NCBI GenBank assembly: GCA_963796685.1
Contig: CAWCMR010000008.1
Location: 672,001-736,000 of the forward strand
DNA: 64,000 nt
Reading direction: 5' to 3'
Source: an uncultured delta proteobacterium
GTDB taxonomy: Bacteria; Myxococcota_A; Polyangia; Fen-1088
Shown: positions 19,345 to 28,315 of the stretch, piece after piece
How positions within the stretch are numbered: the first letter of the stretch is position 1
Layout of the letters: each line of letters opens with the position of its first letter
The notes under the pieces: model-generated
Databases searched by the model: none
What the model was told of the DNA's origin: nothing
What the model saw: only the letters and a program-made list of their open reading frames with translations
Program-made: the position numbers and the translations under genes

Positions 19345-19378
19345 AACCCCTTTTCTCGCGCAGGCAAGGGGTTTTTTT
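19345..19378 (+). terminator. Intrinsic terminator (riboswitch attenuator)
   Basis: AACCCCTT/AAGGGGTT stem followed by a T7 run before btuB. Confidence 0.7.
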
Positions 19379-19396
19379 GTGCAAAGACACCGGCCC

Positions 19397-21478
19397 ATGA
19401 CGAGCGCGTGGCACGCTCGCCGACGGCCCCCACATACCGTTCCACTGCTCGTCCTGCTGCTTGGTGGCAGCGCGGGGGCGTTGTGGTCGAGCGAGTCGTT
19501 GGCGCAACCTGTCGGTATGCCCGACTACGAGACGGTGGTGACGGCGGCGCCCGCCGCTCCGCAAACCCCGCGTGAGGATCACGCGGCTTCGTGTTCCGTG
19601 ATCACCCAGGATCGAACCCCGCGCGCGGCCGAGTCGGTGTCCCAACTCCTGTCCGAGCAAGCCGGCACGGCGGTCACGCGCCTGGGCGGCATGGGCTCGA
19701 CCGCGACCGTGTCGCTGCGTGGATCGACGGCCAATCAGGTGCTGGTCTATGTGGATGGAGTTCCCTTCAATACCGCCACGGGCGGCGGCGTGGACCTCGG
19801 CGCCATTCCGATGGGGGACGTGGAACGCATCGAAATCTACCGCGGCATGAGCCCCATCGCCTTCGGAGCCTCCGCCATCGGTGGGGTGGTTTCCATCACG
19901 ACTGCGATGCCCAAGGACAACCGCGTCGAGGCGGAGGCCGGCGGCGGGTCGTTCGGCACGTACTACGGCGGGGCAAGGGGCGCTTGGAATCGAGGGCCGT
20001 TTCACCTCTACGGCGGTGTCCACGCTCTCACCAGCGATGGCGATTTCCAGTACGTAGACACCCAGGGCACGACTGTCGATACCAGCCTCGACCAACTTGT
20101 CCGCCGCCGCGACAACGACCTGCACCAGAAGGACGGCACTGCGCGGGCGGTCCTGGATTTTTCCGACAGCCGGCACCTGAGCACCTCCGTCCTCTTCTTC
20201 GACCGAGACCAGGGACTGCCGGGTCAGGCAGGTCTGGCCAATCCGACCGCGCGGCTCGGAACCCTGCGGGCGACGGGGATCCTCGCCTACGACTCGAGCC
20301 AGGATCTCGGTTACGGCGGACACCTGCGCGCCACGGCCTACGGCAACTACGACCTCTCCCACTTCGCCGACCCCGACTTCAAGATCAACCCCACGCCCAC
20401 CGACGCGCACGATCGCACCTACACCGTGGGCGGCAACCTCGCTTGGCGGCGGTCCGCGCGACCTTGGCTGACTCTTTCAGGGATCTTCGACACGCGCTAC
20501 GATCGCTTCCAGCCTTCGGATAGCCTTGGCAGTGAGCCGACCGGCGCTCCTGCCACGCGCCTATTCGGCGCCTGGGGAGTTGAAAGCGATGTGTGGATTC
20601 GGCCGATCCGTTTCGACGTCATCGCGTCTTTGCGGCTGGAAGCCGCACGCGATGAGACCTCCGGCCGTGACTATTTCGGCGATCTTCTCCAATCCACCTC
20701 GAGCCCGATCGACCGCGTGCTTCCCATCGCGCGCGTGTCCCTGGTGAAAGAGTGGGCAGGGTGGCTTTCCTTGCGCGCGAACGGCGGGCGCTATGCGCGC
20801 CTGCCTTCCACCATCGAGCTGTACGGCAATACCGGCTACTTGCTGGGCGACCCCACCCTGAAACCGGAGACCGGATTCAACGCCGATGCCGGCCCGCTGG
20901 TTTCCTGGAAGCGTGGCTCCAGCAGGGTTCTCTGGTCCACGGCGGCCTTTGCCAGCCGGGTGCGCGACCTTATCCAGTATCAGTACATCGGCGGCGGCCG
21001 GGCCAGGCCACAGAACCTCGGCAGCGCGCGCATCCTGGGCGTCGAAAGCGAGGCCACGCTGGAATGGGGCCGCCACGCGCGCGTGGTGGCCGCGGGAACC
21101 TTCACCGACGCACGAGACACATCGCCGGTGGCCGCGCAAAACGGCAAGCAATTGCCTCTTCGGCCGCGCTATCGTTTCTATGCCCGTCCGGAGTGGCGTG
21201 CGGTGCAGATGGGGACGCACGTCACGCTTGGATTCTATGCCGAGCTGGATGCCACTGCCGGCAACTATCGCAACGTAACCAATACGGACCGCGTTCCAGC
21301 GAGATTTCTCGTCGGGGCCGGTGCCTACGCCGAGCTTCCCGCCAATTTCTCGCTTCGCGTGAGCGGACAGAACCTTGTCAATTCATCGATCAACGATTTG
21401 GCCAACTACCCATTACCAGGGCGAGAGATCTATCTGACCCTTGCCTGGTCCTCCGCCAACAATGAACCAAAGGAATAA
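19397..21478 (+). CDS. btuB: TonB-dependent cobalamin receptor
   Basis: Plug motifs SLRGSTANQVLVYVDG and VERIEIYRG, LKPETG, C-terminal PGREIYLTL; riboswitch upstream. Confidence 0.8.
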   Translation: MTSAWHARRRPPHTVPLLVLLLGGSAGALWSSESLAQPVGMPDYETVVTAAPAAPQTPREDHAASCSVITQDRTPRAAESVSQLLSEQAGTAVTRLGGMGSTATVSLRGSTANQVLVYVDGVPFNTATGGGVDLGAIPMGDVERIEIYRGMSPIAFGASAIGGVVSITTAMPKDNRVEAEAGGGSFGTYYGGARGAWNRGPFHLYGGVHALTSDGDFQYVDTQGTTVDTSLDQLVRRRDNDLHQKDGTARAVLDFSDSRHLSTSVLFFDRDQGLPGQAGLANPTARLGTLRATGILAYDSSQDLGYGGHLRATAYGNYDLSHFADPDFKINPTPTDAHDRTYTVGGNLAWRRSARPWLTLSGIFDTRYDRFQPSDSLGSEPTGAPATRLFGAWGVESDVWIRPIRFDVIASLRLEAARDETSGRDYFGDLLQSTSSPIDRVLPIARVSLVKEWAGWLSLRANGGRYARLPSTIELYGNTGYLLGDPTLKPETGFNADAGPLVSWKRGSSRVLWSTAAFASRVRDLIQYQYIGGGRARPQNLGSARILGVESEATLEWGRHARVVAAGTFTDARDTSPVAAQNGKQLPLRPRYRFYARPEWRAVQMGTHVTLGFYAELDATAGNYRNVTNTDRVPARFLVGAGAYAELPANFSLRVSGQNLVNSSINDLANYPLPGREIYLTLAWSSANNEPKE

Positions 21479-21483
21479 CGGAC

Positions 21484-22761
21484 ATGAGACGATATTGGGC
21501 AACTTGCATCTACGGGCTCGCACCCTTGGCTTGCTCCGGCCTAAGTGCTTGCGGCAGCGACTCCGGAGCCCCGCTGGCGGACGCCTCCGTCTCCGAGGTG
21601 GCACCCGGCACCCCACCGGTTGATTCTTCCGCGGACGGCGCGGGCGGCTCGCCGCGTGGGATCGTCGTGGTGAACAGCAATGATTTCGACACCACCTCGA
21701 TTTCGTTTCTCGACCGCGATGGCAATGTCGTGATCGACGGTTGCTTCAGCACCCCCAAGCTCTCCTCTGACGTCGTGTTGCCTACACAAGTCACGCCGGG
21801 CGGCCCGGTGGTGCTCATCGACCGAGGCTCGGGTTACAATGCCTTGACCTGGCTGGACCCGACGACCTGTACCCCGCTGCGCCAGCTCGCAGTGGGCACA
21901 GGCTTCGATTCCGACCCGCACGACGTGGTCGTGCTGTCAGCAAGCAAGGCCTATGTTACGCGCTATGCGGAGAACGGGACAGCCACGCCGACACCGGATG
22001 ATTTCGACGACGGTGACGACGTGCTCATCATCGATCCTACCCAGGCCAAGATTCTTGGCCGCATCGACCTGAAACCCTCCACCCCTGCAGGCGTCCTGCC
22101 GCGCGCGGACCGCGCTCTTCTGGCCGAGGGCAAGGTCTTCGTCTCCTTGAATGCCATCGGCCTGGACTACAAGACCTACGGCACGGGCCGTATCGTCGAG
22201 GTGGACCCGCTCACCGACCAGGTCGTGGGCACCATCGACTTGCCAGGAACCAAGAACTGCGGCGCGATGACCTATCTTGCGACGGAGAGGAAGCTCGTGG
22301 TTGCTTGCGGCGGCGCCTACAGCGATGGGCCGCAGCAAACGGACAGCTCGGCCATCGTCGTTGTCGACCTTGCCGGGTCGCCAGCCGCGGTGATCACCCG
22401 GATAACCGCGGCAGCCGTCGGAGGACTTCCCTTCACGAATGCGACGGTTGCGGTATTGAATGGCCTCACCGCCTTCGGCGTGACCAACGGCAGCACCTCG
22501 AACGTGCCGCCGGATCGGTTGTGGTCGTTGCCCCTTGACGGCTCCCTTCCGGTGCGGGTATTCGAGTCGACCGAGTCCTTCGCGCTGGGTGCGGTTCTGG
22601 CCGACGGCGAGGCAAGCCGCATTCTGGTCACCGATGGGACCACCAGCACGCCGGCATTTCTACGTTTCTTCGACTTCGCCGCGGGGATCTTCACGGCGGG
22701 CAAGACCGTCAAGAGCAACCCGTCGCAGAAGCTTCCGCCCCGCGCGCTGGCCTTTTACTAG
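21484..22761 (+). CDS. Beta-propeller lipoprotein (YncE/BtuG-like)
   Basis: Lipobox LSAC; propeller blades such as PHDVVVLSASKAYVTRY; follows btuB. Confidence 0.65.
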   Translation: MRRYWATCIYGLAPLACSGLSACGSDSGAPLADASVSEVAPGTPPVDSSADGAGGSPRGIVVVNSNDFDTTSISFLDRDGNVVIDGCFSTPKLSSDVVLPTQVTPGGPVVLIDRGSGYNALTWLDPTTCTPLRQLAVGTGFDSDPHDVVVLSASKAYVTRYAENGTATPTPDDFDDGDDVLIIDPTQAKILGRIDLKPSTPAGVLPRADRALLAEGKVFVSLNAIGLDYKTYGTGRIVEVDPLTDQVVGTIDLPGTKNCGAMTYLATERKLVVACGGAYSDGPQQTDSSAIVVVDLAGSPAAVITRITAAAVGGLPFTNATVAVLNGLTAFGVTNGSTSNVPPDRLWSLPLDGSLPVRVFESTESFALGAVLADGEASRILVTDGTTSTPAFLRFFDFAAGIFTAGKTVKSNPSQKLPPRALAFY

Positions 22762-22771
22762 GGGAAGAATC

Positions 22772-23830
22772 ATGTCCTTTCTGGAACAAACCGTTGCCTC
22801 GATTGTCGAGATCGACACCGAGTCGGCGGCAGCGACGCAGCGACTGCTCGACGGCAAGACCAAACCCCGGCGAAGTCTGGGCCGGCTCGAAGACCTGGCT
22901 TGCAAAGTCGCATCCATTCGGCGCAACCCGCGACCACCGCTGCCCACCAAGGCCATGGTGGTCATGGCGGGCGACCACGGCGTCGCCCAAGAAGGGGTCA
23001 GTGCCTACCCACCCGAGGTGACGCGGCAGATGTTGCTCAACTTCGCGCGAGGTGGTGCGGCCATCAATGTGCTGGCAAGACAAGCCCAGGCCCGCCTTCT
23101 CGTCGTGGACATGGGGGTAAACGGCCCCGAGGAGCCCATTCCCGGCGTGCTGTCGCGCAGGATCGCGCCGGGCACGCGCAACTTCACCCGCGGCCCCGCC
23201 ATGACCGCCGAGCAGGCCGTTCTGGCCATCGAGCACGGCATCACCATCGCGCAGGAGCTGGCCAGCACCGGGGTCGACCTCGTTGGGGTTGGTGAAATGG
23301 GTATCGGCAACACCACCGCCGCGACCGCGCTCGTGGCTGCATGCACGGGTCGCCCAGCTCGGGAAATCACGGGGCGTGGAACGGGCATCGACGACGAAGC
23401 TCTCGACCGCAAGGTCGCGGCCATCGAAAGGGCATTGCACGTGAATCCGCCCGCCGGCAAGCCGGCATTGCAGCTCCTGGCGGAGCTCGGCGGATTCGAA
23501 GTCGCCGGATTGACAGGCGTGGTGCTGGGTGCGGCCGCACGCAACATCCCCGTGCTGCTCGACGGATTCATCGCCTCGACCGCGGCCCTGTGCGCGGCCC
23601 GCATCGCGCCCAGGGCCGCGGAATACGTGATCGCATCCCACGAATCGGTCGAAATCGGTCACCGGGTCGTTCTCGAAGCGCTGGGCTGCCAACCCCTGTT
23701 CCACTTTGCCATGCGCCTCGGCGAAGGCACGGGTGCGGCCTTGGCCACGCACGTGGTGGATGCGGCCCTGCACATTCTCCATGAGATGGCCACCTTCGAG
23801 GGCGCGCAGGTCACGGACACGGGCAAATGA
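22772..23830 (+). CDS. cobT: Nicotinate-nucleotide-DMB phosphoribosyltransferase
   Basis: TKPRRSLGRLE, GDHGV, GEMGIGNTT, MRLGEGTGA. Confidence 0.95.
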   Translation: MSFLEQTVASIVEIDTESAAATQRLLDGKTKPRRSLGRLEDLACKVASIRRNPRPPLPTKAMVVMAGDHGVAQEGVSAYPPEVTRQMLLNFARGGAAINVLARQAQARLLVVDMGVNGPEEPIPGVLSRRIAPGTRNFTRGPAMTAEQAVLAIEHGITIAQELASTGVDLVGVGEMGIGNTTAATALVAACTGRPAREITGRGTGIDDEALDRKVAAIERALHVNPPAGKPALQLLAELGGFEVAGLTGVVLGAAARNIPVLLDGFIASTAALCAARIAPRAAEYVIASHESVEIGHRVVLEALGCQPLFHFAMRLGEGTGAALATHVVDAALHILHEMATFEGAQVTDTGK

Positions 23831-23841
23831 GAAGAGGGGCC

Positions 23842-24639
23842 TTACACGCTGGCGGCGAGCCCCACCAGGATCAGCGCGTCTGTCACCTGTTGGGTCGCGC
23901 CGAGGAAATCGCCCGTGAGGCCCCCGGCCCGAACATGGAATCGCCATCCACACACCACCGTCACGATCACCGAGAGCAGGAGCGAAACCACGATGCCCTG
24001 CAGGGGCAAGAGCCTGCCCAGCGCCAGCAGGCACACGGCGATGATGGCAAAGGCGCTGGCGAGAAAGGCCTGCACCAGTCCGCCCTCGGCCAATGGGATG
24101 GAGCGCGCATTTTCCGCGGGCGTCACGTAGGGCAACGCCGCCATCAACCAGACCGGGGTCGTACGAGACAGGGTTTGTCCGAGGAGAAGCCCACCGATGG
24201 CCAAGGGGCCCAGCTTGGCCAACGCGGCGACGCGAAGAAGCACCACGAGAACGAGCGCGGTGGCACCGAAGCTGCCAATGCGGCTGTCCTTGAGAATGGC
24301 GAAGAGCTTCTCGCGCTCGAAGGCGCCGCCAAGCGCGTCCGCGGTGTCTGCGAGCCCATCCTCATGAAATGCGCCGGTCAGAAGCGCCAGCACCGCTACC
24401 GAGGCCACGGACGCCACCATGCCCCCCGCGTGTTCGAGCCCGGACCACACCAAAGAGGCGAGAAAGCCGAGGACGTAGCCCACGACCGGGAACCAGGCGG
24501 GGGCCCAGCGCAATGCCGTCTTGCTGAACGGCTGCTTACCGCACGGGATCCGGGTCAGGAAGGCCAACGCCGCTCGTGCGCCTGCAAAGAAGGCCAAATA
24601 GGAAGGGGCCATCGCCGGGTCTTGGACTTTGGTCTCCAT
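23842..24639 (-). CDS. cobS: Adenosylcobinamide-GDP ribazoletransferase
   Basis: FLTRIP, TGAFHEDGLADTAD, ILKDSRIGSFG, GGLTGDFLGA. Confidence 0.95.
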   Translation of the reverse strand: METKVQDPAMAPSYLAFFAGARAALAFLTRIPCGKQPFSKTALRWAPAWFPVVGYVLGFLASLVWSGLEHAGGMVASVASVAVLALLTGAFHEDGLADTADALGGAFEREKLFAILKDSRIGSFGATALVLVVLLRVAALAKLGPLAIGGLLLGQTLSRTTPVWLMAALPYVTPAENARSIPLAEGGLVQAFLASAFAIIAVCLLALGRLLPLQGIVVSLLLSVIVTVVCGWRFHVRAGGLTGDFLGATQQVTDALILVGLAASV

Positions 24640-24716
24640 GATGGGTTCGCCCTACTCGAGCTTTTATGCTCCGAGAACCTGATACGCACAAGCCCAAGCT
24701 TCAAGGAGTTGCGAGC

Positions 24717-25274
24717 ATGCCAGGCAAGGTGATCTTCGTCGGCGGTGGAGCACGCTCTGGCAAGAGCCGCTTCGCCTTGGAATACGCGCGCAGGCTGGGC
24801 CGGCGGCGCCTGTTCGTCGCCACCGCCGAGCCCTTCGACCCGGAAATGCAGGAGAGAATTCTGCGCCACCGAGACGAGCGCGGCGCGGACTTCGCGACCC
24901 TCGAAGAGCCCCTGCACCTGACGCGGGTGCTGGGCCAGGTGTGCGACATCGACGTGGTCGTGGTGGACTGCCTCACGCTTTGGCTTTCCAACCTGCTCGT
25001 GCGGGAGACCCCGGTGTCGGGCATCGACAACCAGGTGGCGGAAATGGTGGCCGTGCTCAAGGCGCGCCTATGGCACGTCGTGCTGGTCAGCAACGAAGTC
25101 GGTTTCGGCATCGTTCCCGAGTCGGCCCTGGGCCGCATCTTCCGCGACGTCGCGGGCCGCGCCCACCAACGCCTTGCCGCCGAGGCGGACGAAGTCTACC
25201 TGGCGGCCGTGGGCGTGGTGCTCCGCTTGTTGCCGGAACCTGTGAAGACCTTCCGTCCCGGCGAGTATCCGTAA
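24717..25274 (+). CDS. cobU: Adenosylcobinamide kinase/guanylyltransferase
   Basis: GGARSGKS, VDCLTLWLSN, VSNEVGFGIVP. Confidence 0.95.
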   Translation: MPGKVIFVGGGARSGKSRFALEYARRLGRRRLFVATAEPFDPEMQERILRHRDERGADFATLEEPLHLTRVLGQVCDIDVVVVDCLTLWLSNLLVRETPVSGIDNQVAEMVAVLKARLWHVVLVSNEVGFGIVPESALGRIFRDVAGRAHQRLAAEADEVYLAAVGVVLRLLPEPVKTFRPGEYP

Positions 25275-25354
25275 GCAGGAATTTCGTCGACGGCGCCAGT
25301 GTTTCGCCTCCGAAAAGGTGCTAGGTAGTCTCGACCAAGGATGACTGAGCAGGA

Positions 25355-25924
25355 ATGAGCTGGGAAGCGGTCTTCAGCAGCTTCACATTGGTCGCGGCCA
25401 GTGAGATGGGGGACAAAACCCAGCTACTGGCGTTTTCGCTGGCCAGCAGGTTTCGCCGCCCATGGACGGTCATGGCCGGCATCCTGCTCGCCACGTTCGC
25501 CAACCATGCCCTGGCGTCGTCCATTGGAGCTTGGATCTCGGTGTATATTCCGGCGCGGGTCATGGCCGGGATACTGGCCGCCACGTTCATCGGCTTCGGG
25601 TTGTGGACCCTGCGCCCCGACACGCTGGATGACGACGACAAGCCGGCGCGCTTCGGTCCCTTGCTGACAACCGTGGTCCTGTTCTTCCTCGCCGAGATGG
25701 GCGACAAGACCCAATTCGCCACCGTGGCGCTGGGCGCGCGCTTTCACAGCACACTGACCGTTACGCTAGGGACCACCCTGGGCATGATGGCGACGGACGG
25801 GTTGGCGGTTTTCCTGGGCGACCGGCTGTCCGCCAAGGTCCAGGGGCGCTGGCTGCGCGTGGTCGCGGCTTGTCTGTTCTTCCTCTTCGGCATCGCCTCG
25901 GCATGGTCGGCGATCCGCGGCTAG
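25355..25924 (+). CDS. TMEM165/GDT1 (UPF0016) Mn/Ca transporter
   Basis: Two EMGDKTQ motifs. Confidence 0.9.
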   Translation: MSWEAVFSSFTLVAASEMGDKTQLLAFSLASRFRRPWTVMAGILLATFANHALASSIGAWISVYIPARVMAGILAATFIGFGLWTLRPDTLDDDDKPARFGPLLTTVVLFFLAEMGDKTQFATVALGARFHSTLTVTLGTTLGMMATDGLAVFLGDRLSAKVQGRWLRVVAACLFFLFGIASAWSAIRG

Positions 25925-26061
25925 CTGTTCAGAATCGGATCCCGGCAGACCATGACCACAGTAAAGCCCTGTCCCGCCAGGCCCGCGCAGATCGCCTGTC
26001 CAATCGCGCCGTTGGCGCCGGTCACGATGGCAACGCGCTGCTTGGCATCCATCGCCTCACC

Positions 26062-26958
26062 TCAGGTGAACTGCACCGAGCGCCGAGTAAAGGCGCCCTC
26101 CATCCAGAAACCGGTGATGGGGAAGGATACCGCATGCCGGCCTTCGCTGGCCGCGCCCGCCGCGACCAACAGCGGTGCATAGTGCTCCCACGTCGGCAGG
26201 GCCGTGCTGGCGGCTGGCGCTCGCCTGTGGAAATCCTGCAAGGCATCGACGTCGAACCGCGAGATGGCGTCCTCGGCCCAGGCGTCGAACTCCCTGGCCC
26301 ACGCGGGAATGCCGGGTCGAAAGGCGTAGCGCATGTTGTGGGTCAGAAACCCGCTGCCGAAGATCAGCACGCCCTCGTTGCGCAGGGGCGCCAGCACCCG
26401 GCCGAGCGCGAACAACTTTCGCGCATCGAGGGTGCACATCGAGAGTTGCAGCACGGGCACGTCCGCGTCGGGATACATGGGCACGAGCGGCACGTAGGCG
26501 CCGTGGTCGAGCCCGCGCCCGCCATCCTCGGCCAGCGGCATTCCCTGGCCCACCAGCAAGGCGCGAATACGGCTCGCAAGCTCCGGCGCTCCCGGAGCCG
26601 GGTACCTGGTCTGATAGTAACGCTCGGGAAACCCGCCAAAATCGTAGACCAACGGCACGGTCCGCGTTGCTCCCAAGGTCGCTGCCGGCTCTTCCCAGTG
26701 CGCCGAAACCATGAGAACGCTCTTCGGCTTCGCCATGGCCTTGGCCCAGGCCGCCAACTCGGCCATCCACACCTTGTCGTCCAGCAAGACCGGCGCGCCG
26801 TGGGCCGCAAAGATGACCGGCATGGTACCGGGAGCTGGCTCTGCATCGGACTTGGGTGCGGTCATGGGTGTGGTCATGCGCTTGTTGTCCCTTCGCGTAC
26901 ACGCGAGCACCGCCGCCGGCAGCGACCCGAGCACGCGCAGCGATTCTCTTCGGTTCAT
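26062..26958 (-). CDS. DODA/LigB-type extradiol dioxygenase
   Basis: HGAP, SAHW, YDFGGFP, RGLDHG, GSGFLTHN, EHYAPL. Confidence 0.9.
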   Translation of the reverse strand: MNRRESLRVLGSLPAAVLACTRRDNKRMTTPMTAPKSDAEPAPGTMPVIFAAHGAPVLLDDKVWMAELAAWAKAMAKPKSVLMVSAHWEEPAATLGATRTVPLVYDFGGFPERYYQTRYPAPGAPELASRIRALLVGQGMPLAEDGGRGLDHGAYVPLVPMYPDADVPVLQLSMCTLDARKLFALGRVLAPLRNEGVLIFGSGFLTHNMRYAFRPGIPAWAREFDAWAEDAISRFDVDALQDFHRRAPAASTALPTWEHYAPLLVAAGAASEGRHAVSFPITGFWMEGAFTRRSVQFT

Positions 26959-27097
26959 TGCAGGACAAGCCTAAGACGCAAGCGGCGCCCCGCCAGGAAG
27001 AAATGCTAGCGCAGGATGGTCGACGGACCGGCGAGCGCGCCGGGAGACTTCGTCGTAGACTCCTGCACGGGGAGGAGACATGCCTGGCGGAATCCGC

Positions 27098-27559
27098 ATG
27101 AAGCAGATCTTCACGACGCACGCGCCATCCGCCGTGGTGCTGATCCGCCTCTTGGTGGGCGGGGTCTTCCTTTCGGAGGGCGTGCAGAAATTCCTCTACC
27201 CGGCCGCGCTCGGCGTGGGTCGATTCGCCAAGATCGGAATTCCGTGGCCGGCATGGAGTGCCCCCTTCGTCGCCGTCGTCGAGACGGGTTGCGGCATGTT
27301 GATCTTGCTGGGGCTCGCCACGCGCCCGGCGGCCCTGGCGCTCGTTATCGACATGATCGTCGCCATTGCCTCCACCAAAATCCCCATGTTCTTGAAGAGC
27401 GGATTCTGGGCCACGGCCCACGAGGCAAGGGCCGATTGGTCGATGCTCCTCGGCGCGCTCTTCCTTCTCGTCGTCGGCGGAGGCGCCGCATCGCTGGACG
27501 CGCGACTGACCCGACACGCCGCCAGCGCCGGGTCGGCCAACCAAGCCGATGCGGGCTAG
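27098..27559 (+). CDS. DoxX family membrane protein
   Basis: RLLVGGVFLSEGVQKF...E..G..LLGLATR. Confidence 0.85.
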   Translation: MKQIFTTHAPSAVVLIRLLVGGVFLSEGVQKFLYPAALGVGRFAKIGIPWPAWSAPFVAVVETGCGMLILLGLATRPAALALVIDMIVAIASTKIPMFLKSGFWATAHEARADWSMLLGALFLLVVGGGAASLDARLTRHAASAGSANQADAG

Positions 27560-27563
27560 TACG

Positions 27564-28304
27564 ATGGCTTCACGAGCGTTGCTCCCGCTCATCTTCCTCG
27601 GCGCCCTGCTCTCACCCGCGCCACTCCTCGCCGGTCCGCCCTACATCACCGACGATCCCGAGCCCGTGCAATACCGGCACTGGGAATTCTACCTCGCGAC
27701 CCAGCCCGAAGTCGCACGCGACGGGTCCACCGGCACGCTACCCCACTTCGAGATCAACTATGGCGCCGTGCCCAACTTGCAGCTCCACGTGCTCGTCCCG
27801 CTCGCCTTCGCGAGGCCGAACGGCGGCACGACCTTCTACGGTCCCGGCGACATCGAGCTCGGGGCGAAGTACCGCTTCGTCGAGGAGAGCGATTTCGTCC
27901 CCATGGTGGGAACCTTCCCCCTGCTCGAGCTTCCCGTTGGCGACGAAACGAAGGGACTCGGCACCGGCCACCTGCACGGATTCATCCCGTTGTGGCTGCA
28001 AAAGAGCGCGCGGCCATGGACCGGCTACGGCGGTGTCGGCTACTGGTTCAATCCCGGACCGGGCAACCTCGGCTATTGGTACATCGGCTGGCTGGCTCAG
28101 CGACGCCTCTCGACCCTCGCCACCCTGGGTGCTGAAGTCTTCTACACCACTGCCGACCACAGCGGGGGCAGCGGCAACCTGCGCTTCAATATCGGGCTTA
28201 TTCTGGACTTCACCCGAAACCACCATCTGCTCGCCTCGGCAGGCCGAAGCCTCGCGGGCGACACACGCTTTCTCGGCTACCTGGCCTATCAATTGACTCT
28301 GTAA
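27564..28304 (+). CDS. Putative outer-membrane beta-barrel protein
   Basis: Signal peptide, GPPYITDDP, GDIELGAKYRF, amphipathic strands. Confidence 0.6.
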   Translation: MASRALLPLIFLGALLSPAPLLAGPPYITDDPEPVQYRHWEFYLATQPEVARDGSTGTLPHFEINYGAVPNLQLHVLVPLAFARPNGGTTFYGPGDIELGAKYRFVEESDFVPMVGTFPLLELPVGDETKGLGTGHLHGFIPLWLQKSARPWTGYGGVGYWFNPGPGNLGYWYIGWLAQRRLSTLATLGAEVFYTTADHSGGSGNLRFNIGLILDFTRNHHLLASAGRSLAGDTRFLGYLAYQLTL

Positions 28305-28315
28305 TTGGGCTGGTG

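Noticed and set aside
25275-25354. yybP-ykoY Mn riboswitch before the TMEM165 gene
   Set aside because: The gap is only 80 bp and no recognisable motif was seen
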